A stretch of DNA of 63,994 nt, filler included, from Diploschistes diacapsis (Eukaryota): assembly GCA_023645945.1 (NCBI GenBank). It is 5 parts of 5 records of this genome, joined end to end, with 100 filler letters (N's around TTAATTAATTAA, not from the genome) between each part and the next. Parts side by side here need not be neighbours in the genome. Positions count along the whole stretch, not along the records: positions 24,771 to 55,964 come from JALAIB010000119.1; 4 more parts are not named here. The stretch is one strand, 5' to 3'. Positions 24,771 through 37,095 of this stretch are shown here, piece after piece; position 1 is the stretch's first letter, and every line of letters starts with the position of its first letter. Under the pieces are notes generated by a model that did no database searches, was not told where the DNA came from, and worked only from the letters and a program-made list of their open reading frames with translations. The position numbers and the translations under genes were made by a program.

Positions 24771-26522
24771 GGACAGGACAGGGGAGGAAAGACGTGACAG
24801 GGGTGTCTTACATTTGAGGAGATGATGGCGGAGGCCTGCACGCACATGTTGTACAGAGCTGTGCCGACGGTGCGGGTGCGGACGGAGCCGGCGTTGCGGC
24901 TGACGAGGGCGACTGGATGCTGTTACTATGTGTTCAAACGCACAGGACAGATGGGGTGACGTTGCTTTCTGCATGAATGCTGCTAATTGCAGGGTAAAGG
25001 GGGAGGCACTCACCCAAGATCGCATGAACATAGGGATAGCCCACCAGCAGCAAGTTGAGCACATAGCGCGCCCACGTATGCGCGGGACCACCTGGCAACA
25101 CCTCCAGCGCGATCAGGACCGGCAGCATCCATAGCTGGCAGATTAGCACAATGACAAATCTGTTGTTGATCCTCTCCGAGAGCCAGGTCCAGAAGATCAA
25201 CTGCACGATAAAGAGCGCATATGCTGGGACGGTGAGCAAGTTGGTCTGAAAAGTGTCGAATCCGAGGGACTCGATAAGGAGGGTGATGTAACTTTGTGCT
25301 GGGGTATTTGGGATGGTCCACGTCAGACCCAGGAGATAGATTGGCCACATATCGTAGTCTTTGAGGGCCTCCCAAAGGAGGGAGAGTGAGATCGCTTGCC
25401 GGTTATGCATGTCGCCTTTACTGGGGTCGTCGCGGATGATGCGATTGACCATTACTTTTGAGGGAGTCAGTAAGTAGCGGCTTAACATGAAGAAAAAAAA
25501 GCGGACAACTCACTGGTTTCTTCGTAGGGCGAGAACCAGCCGTTTTTGCCTCGAAACCTGCTGGCTGTTTGCGTTGGAGAGGGTGGAAGGTAGAACCTTG
25601 CAATATCAGCGTACAGTTATTAGCTGAGAGAACTTCATGCTTACCAGGATATTAAACCGATCAGAGCAGTCAACGAGCCTTCCAAAGCGAACAGCCATTG
25701 CCAACCAGCCCATCCGTTATGGCCACGCAGATGCAAGATACCATACGCCAAGAAAGCCGAAACTATAAACGTGCAAGCGTAGGCTGTCCAGAAAAAGCTG
25801 CACCGAATGGGCAGCTCTTTGCTAGTATAAAAGTAACTGAGGTAGAGAACGACATCCGGTATGAAGCCGCCCTCGACAACCCCCATCAGCCCACGGGCAA
25901 GGTAGAAAGCGCCTTTGCTGTCGATACGGCTTTGGCAAGACGCAATAATACTCCAGCAAATCATTTGAATAGGTATCCAATTATCTGGCCCTAGCTTCTT
26001 ACTGATAAGCTGTGACGGTAGCTCTGCAACCAGGAAACACACGTAGAAAATCGTTTGACCGGTGTTATAATCGTTCGTCGTCAGGCCGAGATCGCCCAGC
26101 ATGTTATCCGACAGGGCTTGAGTGATGTTGCTCCTATCGAGCTGTAGAGCGAAAAACATCAGGCAGCACCAGCCGCATATTCTCCAATCCAGCTGTCGCA
26201 CGAGAGTTCTTTCTTCCTCCTCCGTCCATTTGGCCTTGGGATCGTACCGATGCCGTCCTTCGTAAGAGTCAATAGGAACATAGTACTTTTCGAGGCTGGT
26301 ATTGTCAGTAGAGTCAGTGGTTCCCTTGAAATTAACATCTCCGGCAAACGTCTCGCTGCTGGTCTCAGATCTGGCAAGGTCGGTGGCAAATGCTGTTTCT
26401 TTCGCATCGGGTTGGCCCCTTAGCCTCCGGACAAACCTCGCAGCACCTGAAGCTGCAGATTGAGGCGCTAGCGATACGGCATTGTCGCGGCTTTCTCGGT
26501 TTACTGAACTGTTATTTGCCAT
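24771..26522 (-). CDS. MFS transporter, anion:cation symporter/Dal5 family, Soa1(YIL166C)-like sulfonate transporter; 3' end truncated by the contig boundary
   Basis: YEGRHRYDP..WTEEEE, LMFFALQLDRSN, AELPSQLISKKLGPD.WIP.Q, GWQWLFALEG, IIRDDPSKGDMHNRQA, SRNAGSVRTRTV..LYNMCVQ. ATG at 26522; several introns. Confidence 0.85.
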
Positions 26523-27213
26523 CCCGAGTTCCTCGTCGTCGAGACAAGATTGCACCAGAGCCCTTTCGACAATGCTCGCTGGAAGTACAGGTCTGGCGCA
26601 GACCCAATGAATATATAGAAACGTTTCTCGCCTCCGACTACGTCGGACAACGGACACAGGCCCAAAATGGCGCAGCACGCAATTGGAGCGAACTTTGTGC
26701 CTTATCGGAGCAATGGAGGATGCGGTCCTCATGCAACATGCGCAGAGAGTTTGACGCTATCAACAACACAGCAACCCGGACCGCAGGACTCCACGAACGG
26801 TCACTGGCTGTGTTCATGGCCGTTGGATTCAATTCCCAGCGAGGTGCGGCATGGAGGTGGCCGTGATGCAAATCTAGAGAAATCTGGAGAGAGACTCGCT
26901 TAGACGGCGAATGGTATCAGATGTGCTTATATAGCGTAATGTTCCACAAACCCTGTTCATGCATAACAACCCCTCATCAATCAGTAATCGAGGCCTCAAA
27001 TCTCAGATAGGTGTGCACACCAGAAGACCCCTTATCAACGATAACCAGACGAGAACGCACGTTTTGTAAGAGGTGGAGAAAATAATGCCATGCGCCTCCT
27101 GGACCCTAGTGGAAGGAGGAGATGTGATGCATATATAGGAGCGCGATGTCTCAGAGTCTGGAGTCAAGGAGTACCTAAAAGCAATTATCGAAGTACGAAA
27201 TCATCCAGATATC
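26523..27213. promoter_or_regulatory. Divergent promoter with candidate Cys-3/MetR bZIP sites
   Basis: Near matches to ATGRYRYCAT at 26751 (8/10), 26911 (9/10), 26931 (8/10) and 27082 (9/10), lying between two head-to-head sulfur-scavenging genes. Confidence 0.45.
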
Positions 27214-28493
27214 ATGGCGCCTATAGCGATCAGCCCCCACGAGCAACAGAACGTCGAGGTCCTTATCAAAAGGAACATCTCGCAGTACAAAGAGCAAAGC
27301 GCTGGCCCGCTTACATACAACAAGCAATCGGAAGAGGAAGGCTCTGACAAGGCTAAAGTGAGCTGGTTTCGTGAATTTGGGGAATTACGCCACTCAAGTT
27401 TGACGTAGTACCAAAACTACCTTCCCACGTGGGAACAGACACAGAAGTACCCGCCGCTTGAACCTTTTGACCATGTCGAACACGGGGTCAATGCCGATGC
27501 CACTTTTCCGGAACTTCTGCATGCTGGCGTGGTGCGTGACGATATCACACCGACCATCGGAACAAGCTTATCGGGCGTTCAACTGAGCAAGCTCTCGGAT
27601 GCCGGAAAGGACCAACTGGCTCTCCTAACAGCTCAGCGTAAGGTGTTGGTCTTTAGAGATCAAGACTTTGCTGATCTGCCTATTCCCGAGGCCTTGGAGA
27701 TCGGTCGGTATTTCGGTAGGCTGCATATTCACCCCACAAGCGGCTGTCCCTCCGGCCACCCGGAGGTCCACGTGGTGCATCGCGGCATTGACGACAAGAG
27801 CGGCGCAACGCTCCTCGAGACGCGGACGTCCACCGTGGCATGGCATAGCGATGTCACGTACGAGCAGCAGCCACCAGGAATGAGCTTCCTTTACATTCTT
27901 GACCGCCCCACCACTGGCGGCGACACCTTGTTTTGTAACATGGTCGAAGCCTACAACAGGCTCAGTCCCGCTTTCCGCGAGAGGTTACATGGACTGCAAG
28001 CTGTTCACAGCGGAATCGAGCAGGCCGATGGATCGAAGACCCGAGGGTCCATTACTCGCAGAGATCCGGTAGCCACCGCTCATCCCATAGTACGCACTCA
28101 TCCAGCAACTGGAGAGAAGGCTCTTTTCGTGAATCCACAATGTTTGTAGACGGTGACTTCATTTCTTGCAGAGAGCTAACATGGCTAGTCACACGCTATA
28201 TCGTTGGATACAAAAAGGAGGAAAGCGATGCTTTGCTCAAATTTCTCTACGACCACATTGCCTATGGCGCGGACTTCCAGGTGAGAGTCAGATGGTCAGA
28301 GAAGGCCGTCGTGGTTTGGGATGTGAGTAATAAGATCCTAGCTAATTATTTTCCCCACTCACAAACTCTGCAGAACCGTGTGGTTGCTCATTCAGCCATC
28401 CTCGACTGGGTAAATGGACAGCGTAGGCATCTTGCACGGATCACTCCTCAAGCCGAGGCTCCAAGAGAAACGCCGTACGAGGGAGCGAATTGA
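27214..28493 (+). CDS. JLP1: Alpha-ketoglutarate-dependent sulfonate/taurine dioxygenase (TauD/Jlp1); introns about 27358-27408, 28142-28188, 28323-28373
   Basis: LLTAQRKVLVFRDQDF, GRLHIHPTSG, HxD motif WHSDVTYE, GGDTLF, HPIVRTHPATGEKALFVNPQ, WDNRVVAHSA, RHLARITPQAE. Confidence 0.88.
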
Positions 28494-29492
28494 TGGAGAA
28501 TATGTAATAAAGGTACAAGATCTGTAATCAAATTCCGATGCATGTAAACAGAATATCAGTCGACTGGGAGAAAAGTTGGGGACAATCGAGTGTTCCTGTA
28601 AAGTCTGATAGGCGCGCCATAACGCCTCGAGTGGTAGTCAATCGCTCCTCTGGCTTCACGAAGAGCCGAGCATTTTGGAATTTGCAGTGTGATGGTTAGC
28701 AGGGTTGTTCTAAGATCAGTAGAGTGCTCTCAGTCTGCACTTTCCATTGCAATGTCATCCAGAGAGTCCACAACCCTCCCTCGCGTGACCTCATGAAGGC
28801 ATTAGTAGAGATCGAACGCATGGTTCTTCGGTTCGAGAAGGAAAGCGCAGAGCATTGTCAGTATTCCTTTAAAGGAAGAAGGCCGCTCGTTTCAAGGCAT
28901 GCTATGGAAACGTGTCCAGATATAGAACATGCTGATGTCTCGAGAGAGAGATCTTTATGAAAAATTTCATTCAAGGCGGCAACATATCCCGCTCGGCCAA
29001 TCACGAATCACGTGCTCACATCTTCTCCCACTCCGCCAGCGGAACTTCTACAGTCTTTTTCCCGTGTGACATTGCGATGTCTGATATAGAAACCGAGCCT
29101 TATATGGGGCTTGTTTCTTTACATTCTCACTCTATTTCTGTAAATATGCTGAAATCCATGTTTGGAAAGGATCACCACCCAGTAATCGGTAATCGATCAC
29201 CTGGGTCCTGGATACCTAGGTAGATACTGCCCTCAGTAATCGGCTGAAGTGCGTGCTTTTTGGCAGCTGAACTACTAGAGTCTCAATATTGAGCCCGTCG
29301 CCGTCATCAGATAGTCAATGAAGATCCTAACAGTGCTTCAGCATCCCCAGAATACAACTGAATACATATAAACGGTGAGGAGCGCTCTCTGTTGAAGGTC
29401 GTCACATCACCCCCACATTGAGCGTCACGCTGTTTGCTCAATCTAATACATGTCCCATATTCGCTCCCAAATTGTACCTCCTCGAAATCATC

Positions 29493-30696
29493 ATATCCCC
29501 AATTACCAAGCCCATCATCATCTCTGATAGCGGCCCCAGCGGCCTTCTCTTGGCGCAAGGCCTCAAGAAAGCCGGCATCCCCTTCCGCATGTTCGAACGA
29601 GATGCGGTTCTCAACATTCGAGTCCAAGGTTATCGCTTCAGGCTCACAGAACCGCAATAGAGACACTCATGTCAATACTCTCACCGCAGCACTTTGATCT
29701 CCTTCAGAACTCGTGCGGCGAGTCAGCGTCGCTGAACAAAGATTCCCTAAACGCTGCCACAGATGAAGCTGTTGCGAGAGGAGGCCCGCTGCCCCACGGC
29801 CAGGACATGACACCCATGAGCCCACGACTGCCGACTGGAAAGTCTTCCGAAGCGTTCTATTCCGCGGACTGAAACAAGACGTGGCCTTCGATAAAGACAT
29901 CCCCGGCTACGAGATCGAAGTCTATGGAGTCCTAGTCAATGTCACCGACCGCGAGACCATCGAGGGCTTCTTGCTCGTCGGCGCAGACGGCTCGTGGTCC
30001 AAAGTCCGGCGCCAGCTTCTTCCCAACGTCTCTTCACTCGACAGCGAAGGACGACTGATCTATGGCAAAACCATCATGACGCCCGATTTCCTCGAGAGAT
30101 TTAATACCGCTGCAATGAACGGCATGACGCTTATCCGGGACGATAGCAAAAGCTCCCCGTCGTCTTGCCGCTGAACCAATGGACTTCCTAAACCGCGACA
30201 AAGGCGACGGCCTGAAGCTGCCTCGAGACTACGTATATTAGGTCCTGGTCGCCCGCACAGACCGGTTCGACTTCTTGCGCTTCTCCAGACATCTCATTTC
30301 GGCGGAATGCGTCCGGATCCTCGACGAAATAACCGCAGACTGGGCTCCATCTTTCACAGCCTTCTTTAATTTCCAAGATAAGCCTCAGACCGCTTCTGCA
30401 AATCGGCACGATGTCGCTACCTCTTCCGAGCTGGAACCCTTCCGGCCGCGTAACCTTGAGAGGCGACGCAATGCACGTCATGCTACCCACCAGTGGTATT
30501 GGCGCTACTACTGCGTTGCGCGGTGTTGGTAGCCTACTGAAAGCAGTGACGGAGGAGGGAATTACTGCTGAGAGTTTGGCGAAGTTTGAGAAGCAGATGC
30601 GCGTGTATGCCAAGGAAGCTATAAGTATGAGTCATGGGAGGGAAGAAGTTCTTTCACTTGCGGCCTATAGATGAATTGAAGCCGTTTGGGCAGTAG
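29493..30696 (+). pseudogene. FAD-dependent monooxygenase pseudogene
   Basis: Degenerate Rossmann motif IIISDSGPSGLLLAQGLKKAGIPFRMFERD..QGYRFR, LLVGADGSWSKVRRQL..IYGKT and WNPSGRVTLRGDAMHVMLPTSGIGATTALR lie in different frames with stops between them. No intact start codon (ATA at 29493). Confidence 0.8.
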
Positions 30697-31080
30697 CTCG
30701 GTTGTTGGTTCTATTTCCGCTAGGCAACTTGGTGGTGTTTCATTCCTCTCAGCGTTTCCTTCTGATCACAGTGTCTTTCCACTGCACATTGTCGAAGCTG
30801 ACTTGGTATCCTAATTCACTTCCTGCCGTTTGTTCCTCTGACTCTTAGGACGTTGCAATGGAGCAGATCAAGTGTCTAAATGAATTGTTACAATGACAGT
30901 GAATGCAACTCAGCCTGCAGTCTGCGCAAACACCAAACATCATCCTTTGCCTATAAGGAGAAGCACTTTGCTCGTGTTACTCTCTTCATCTCTTCCATCG
31001 TCCCAGCGCACCAAGGGTCCCTTGGTTTATATATGATGGCTAAAGCACCAGCTTTTGATAGAAGGAATCACTTAGCAAAT

Positions 31081-31165
31081 AGGAACTCGATCAATGATTC
31101 GAAACATCAGATATGAAAGATATAGACATAGGAACTTGACAAGTGATTCGAAACAACCGACACGA
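31081..31165 (+). repeat. Two diverged 36-nt direct repeats, 49-nt period
   Basis: AGGAACTCGATCAATGATTCGAAACATCAGATATGA at 31081 versus AGGAACTTGACAAGTGATTCGAAACAACCGACACGA at 31130. Confidence 0.65.
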
Positions 31166-33589
31166 GGCTACGAGAGAAAAAGGAACAGGAAGTCTGGCTT
31201 CCAAGTTTCTATCAGCCAGTTGAGAGGCTCTCCAAACTAGATGACCATTCTCTGAGCTCACGCAGGGCAGAAAGCTCGCTTCCTGCTGTTGTCCACATGA
31301 AATCAGATTGCATCATCCCTCCCATTGTGAACGTGACGACGCCTGGATGATAGGCGTGCTAGGCTAAAACCCGGATCACTATATAATCCGGTTCGCCTAC
31401 TCTTACACGACATCGAGAAAGGAACGCGAAGAGCAAAAAAATCCGCCAGGACGCTGTTGCTCCTCACTGTTTTATGTTCCGTTGAAGATCTTAGATGGGC
31501 TCTGGTTCGCTGTTTTTCTGTTCGAGTAGCTTAGGAAAGGAGCTGGCCGCCATTCGGAACTCGATTGTCATCCCTTGTCGTCTAGGCAGATTCAGTTGAC
31601 CCCAGGATGTATCAAAGGCTCAGATTGTCAAGAAAACCCGGAGGGAAGCTGGGGATCCTTGTCCAACAATTTGTAATGGTATAGCTCTGAAGGTTATTCG
31701 CGGAGGCACCGGGAGAGCTTGAAGAATAGCTCAAGAGCATTCACAAGATGAGCAAAGGACGATACTCACAGCCCTATCGCGCCAACTATATAAGTTTTGG
31801 GAAACTTTTGTGGTTTTTGGGATCGATTGATATCTCCACGACGGTAAAAATATAGGACCATTGTTGCGCTGTTTGGATAATTTCCGTTAACTCGAGGACT
31901 GTTTTCTGATGTTCCAAGCCTTCTTCGAATCGTACCTTTCGAAGCCCAAAAAGCGAGCGAGTAGTAGGAATTAGATTGCTCGGTCAGCATTCTAGGATAG
32001 ACTGCCCGGGATGGCCACGATTATATCCTCAAAGTCAAAGAGGATCATCAACCAGAAGTTGTGACTTCAGGGATTGCGTGGTATTACCAACATTTGTCAT
32101 GGGTTTAGGAATCTTGTGTTCCTTTAAAATTCAGAGCACACATGTAAGAATATTCTGGAATTACTGGCCGGGCCAAGTCTTCAAAGGCATCGGGCTACAT
32201 GTTCTATAAAGTATCTATGATACACTGGGGGAGCGGTGGTACATTAGGCTTAATCAGAAGCATATAATATAGAACACTCTGGTGGTTGCTTGAAGCGGAC
32301 AAAACAGCAATGAACAACCCGTGGAAATAAACCAAAGGGTTTAAGGGAACATGTTCAGAAACCAAATGAAACAGAGCCCAGCGAGGAGACAAATCCAGAG
32401 AGCTATGTTAGGATCAGGACACCCTAGTGATTAAAATCCACATCAGAGTCTACTCAATATATTACAGGAAGCATTACTGGAAAAACAAAACCTGACCGAT
32501 GTCAGGACTCAACCTTCTGTATGAGCTCTGTAGGTCTACTGTCTTCTCGTTTGTCTCTATGCTAGGGAAGCTCGCATTCGATGCTGAAGATCAACCTGCG
32601 AGGAAAAAGAATGCAAGGACGCCCGAGGGAAATAGGCAAAATCTTAATAAAAAGATATTAAAAACCACCTCGTGATGACATCTATCAAACACGATCCCAT
32701 GCTAGGTCCTTCGATTGACCGAAGCATTGATATATTCACGGGGCAAATTTCGGGTAGAGCATGGTTGCTTAAATGTTTCGGTCACCACTTTCAGGTAACG
32801 CTTTGAAATTCTAGGAAATGCCTTATGGTGGACCCGGATCGGACTACAAAACGCAGTTAGCATGGCGCAGGAGTATCAGAAACCCCACCAACAGGCTAGC
32901 TACGGCGAAGCGCTCGGGAATATCTATGGTAGCACATGGAGACCGAGTAAGAGAAAACGGGTCAGGCCACTAGAAAACTACAAAACGAATGCGAGACTAG
33001 AAAGAAAAGCTGGAGCGTTGGAACAATACCAGGAAAAGAAGACCTGGTGATATGATTTTAAGCAGCAAAAGAGGAAAGCTAGACCTCGCCGACGCAGAGT
33101 ACGGCCGTTGTTGAGAATGATAAGAGCAGGCGTCAGTGCTTGGACAAAAATCGGTAGGAGGGAAAGTGACCAAACGCTGTCACATGCATGATTGAAGGTT
33201 TATTATCCCAGAGAAACGGACGGTGTATTTACGACGAAACCAAAGAAAAGCAACGAGGAATAAGGTAGAAAGTCTCCGAGCATCCCTGGTGTCGCCGACC
33301 TTGCCTTGTCCGCTACCAGAATCAAGAGACCTACAAAAGTCACTCAGGCGCCAAGGAAAACTTCGACTCAAGTTATGGATAGATTTATCATAAGAGGTAA
33401 ATGAAAGAACTAGGGACTCGTGGCTTGACCTGGACGATAATATATGATGAAATTATACACTAGGTCGCCCACCATCAAATCCCTTACAACGCCTAACAGC
33501 CGGTAAGAACCCCGAGATTCACTTCAAAAGCCATTGATACGCTACGATAGCAGTTAGGTTGAGTTGGAATGCAGAAAATCGCAGGTACT

Positions 33590-36210
33590 GGTTGAGATCG
33601 GGCAATACTTTGAGTACGATTGATAAGAACTTCCTCAACAAGCATTGGCGGGACGAGCAGATTCATAACATGCCGATAACCACGGAAGATAGCATATAAG
33701 TTCGAGTAAGTTTAGAGCTATGAGCAGAAGCATCGAACGTTGGTCATGGAAAAAAGATACAGGTATGAAACAGCTTGTTAACAATCATTGAAGTTTGGCG
33801 CAGGCAGTGCGCAAATGTCGAGCTGAACGCCCGAGGACATGGGGGCTTCCTGAAGACTGGACATGGAAAGTGTGACGATAGCGGAAAGAACAAAAATGGG
33901 GACCGAGAAGGTCTCTTTTCTGGAAAATCCAGTGAAGCTCGGGAGGCCTATTGACTATCCAGAAGAACTCTAACAGGAGTCTTAACACACCAAGTGTCAG
34001 CGCCTAGGTTGAGTAGGATACTGGTTCTTAAACGGGCTTGTAATGAGCATGAGCGTCATACCAGCATAACTAGAGGCATTTGAGTGAAAGTGGAGATGGC
34101 GAACATTGGTAGAGATAGGAACAGCACCCGTTTCCTTCAGATGAGATACGGCAGGAAACTGAACTTTGTCGCCTGCTATGCCAAAAAAAGTCAGAGTATA
34201 GGTTCCGGCCAGAGATATCATCCCTTGAATCAGGTTTGTATAACCTCGCAACCAAGACATATTCCAAGTGCCGGTTATGGATACACCAAAACTCCAGCAT
34301 ACGTCTAGCGAGAAATGAACACGCTCGCGGAGGAATCGCGAAGCTTCTGTGGAGCATTCCAGGACAAAATCCGAATCATCCAGATATGCTGGACGAGTAT
34401 CTTAGTCATCTTCGCAAAAGTTTTTCTCCCCTTGGTTATATCAACATAAGGCTGGCGCTTCAGAAGAGCTTTCTTGGCTTTCCTTCCGTACAGCTTCTCG
34501 GACAGACCGTTGACGGACTAAGGCTTGATCACCAAGCCAAGCCATTGGGCACGAAGGACCCGCAAAGTGAGACATAAAGTGAACATCAACTTGGCCAAGA
34601 CAAAATGTTCTTAAGAAAGGTATAAGTATCCTAAAAGCAGAGTTCGGTATCGATAAAAAAAGGCTGATACCTCTTTGGGACGGATTGAAGATCGGTAACG
34701 CGTTGCTCCACGCGAGAAAAGCTATATTGGAGGTCGTTTGGCAACGAGCCGTAAATAAAAAGGAACAGGATGATTTTGGTATCGACATAGGAATAAAGAT
34801 GCCTCATGTGTACATACAAGCGCACAGTCCGACAAATTCTTGTGAGGAGAATCATAACCGCCAAATAAACTGGAGGGCGTGAACTGGGCAGGAAGATAAA
34901 TGGATGCGAATAATTGTTTTTCAGGAAAAAGATAGTATGCCGAGAAAGCTTGGGCAACGGATTTATAGATATCACAGCCCCCAGTAGAAATCCTAAGTTT
35001 GATCCACTCAGGTACAATGAGTTCAAAGCATCCTACGATAGCTTGATAGCACGAAGGGGAACCTCGACGATTCGGCCAACGAAAGGTATGTACCCGGTGA
35101 AGGCGTTAAAGGAGACATGGTTGTTACTCTCAACCAGGGAACCTGCGTCTCAAAATGGCTAGATTGAAGGCCGCTAATCTCGAAGCCTGGATACACTATA
35201 TTCAGCCCCAACATCAAAATCCCCCAAGAGATGCTCGCTGTGGTCAACAAGGAGGTTTCATCATCTTTTAGAAAAAGGAAAGTATTATCAGGGCAGGCGA
35301 GAGCCAAAAACTGGCAAATAAACATCCAGGTTAGTATCATTAAAGTTCTTGCACAAAACCTAGAGTGCGTGTAAGGAGCCCTTCCTGTATCTTGCAGGAC
35401 CCAAAGTGGATGATGCCGACCATCACCCAAGGACCTACTGTTTCATTTGGAGTTCTGGAGCTCTTCCGGTAGTATATTAGGACAATCTCACTCTCACCCC
35501 TCTCTGCGCTGCTTCAGCCGGTATAGCTGCACAGGGTATCGTTAAGTTAAAGCCATGGGGACACGAGAATGAATCCTCTTGTCGGGTGAAATTAAACAAT
35601 AGAGGCAAAAAGAGAGGGCGTTCGGAGGAATCCGTCCGGGGAACATAAGTAACGTCAGGAAAATAAGTTTGCCGTTAATGTCTGCATGATCACCACCGGA
35701 AAAGGGGTGTTTTTGGAAATTAACGCCGAGACCAGGATTGTGGGAGAAGGGAGCTACTTTCAGAAGCCTGTTATGCTATAGTAAATTGCTCCAGAGTCCA
35801 CCTGGTCGATCTGTAGGTACTAGCTGAAATCCTGGAACCAAACTCATACAAGATCAAGCCATATAACTACTATTCTAATGGATTCAGATCGGCGAGAAGT
35901 CCGAGCGCAGCTTACATCTCAACTCGGGTCTTGAAAAGGCTCACCTCACCCTCAGTGGCGTGTATGCTTGAGAAAAGTTAGTAGTATGCTAGCTGAAAAG
36001 GCCAGATTATGCCCTTTAAGCCAAAAGAGAAAGCAGCGAACACCTCCGACTACTATGAGATTTAACAAGGAGACGTGTTTCCTGACGAAAATTGCTGAGG
36101 AATTTGAGCCTACAACGGGTGTCCAGGGCGGTATTTGAAGGGGTTAGGAGACCATGTGGAGGCCCAGAATTAAAAAGAAGTACAAGAGGGCAATGAGGGG
36201 GGGAGGAAGT
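33590..36210 (+). mobile_element. Highly degenerate Ty3/gypsy LTR-retrotransposon pol relic; may extend upstream to about 31300
   Basis: In gypsy order: protease-like SGNTLSTIDKNFL (~33600), RT-like GYTKTPAYV*R (~34280) and NIRLALQKSFLGFPSVQLLGQTVDGL (34443-34520), an RNase H-like remnant (~34770), and a polypurine tract at 36195-36209. Many stops and frameshifts; no LTR pair recognisable. Confidence 0.65.
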
Positions 36211-37095
36211 ATTCTAGAGAAGATATGGTGCATACGACCGGTAGGATTGAATCGAAAAAGCTTCCATATATCTTAGTGGGATATGCTCTACGTACCTTTC
36301 AATGACTACTCTCTACTAAATATTTGATCGACGACCTCACGTCATTTCTTGCATCTTGAAGTATGCAACGAACAATGTAAGAGGCCCCCAACGCAATTCC
36401 TACGATATTCACCATATTTCAATGACTCTCAACGAGCCTCCGTTGCTCTGAAGCCGTTGAGGCGAGCCTCTGAGCTTACCAGGCCAAGGTCCACGACAAT
36501 GAAGAAGGCACAAAGACCTTTCTACTGCCACCTCAAGATCCCCAACTCGCTGCTAACAGGGATTCACTTGCATTTTCGTACAAATGGGCTGCATGTAGCT
36601 GACGGAAGACATGGATGAATCTTAAATTCTGCGCCCATCACGAAAGAAAGGTTCGCGATCGATATAAGCTGCTTTGTCGTATCTGTTCCTTGAGTGCCAG
36701 GGTAGAAGATGGATAACATAGCTCTAGACAGTAGAAATACTAGAGTCGCTTCGATTTTCAACACAGAGGCGTAAGTTCTGTACAAGTAAAGTCGGTCTGA
36801 GTATATCAATGGTGACTCTCCGTGAAAGAAAAACCGACATCGTCTCGAAATTCCAAACGCCCTGACTGCTAATACTTGATTTGATTCTGTCCACTCACGT
36901 CACTTCACCCCGGCTCCGTTAGCAGTTATGAGACCCTCAGTATTGCTTCTCGTCTTAAAAAGGGATTGGTTATTCAATAATTAGTGATGTAGAATCAAAT
37001 CTAACACCGTGCATGTGGTGGAGGTCCAAGTTTCTGAAGCATTGCTTGGCCGGTGCAAGGACACTTGGACCGAGTATATCGAGCAGAACGTTAAT

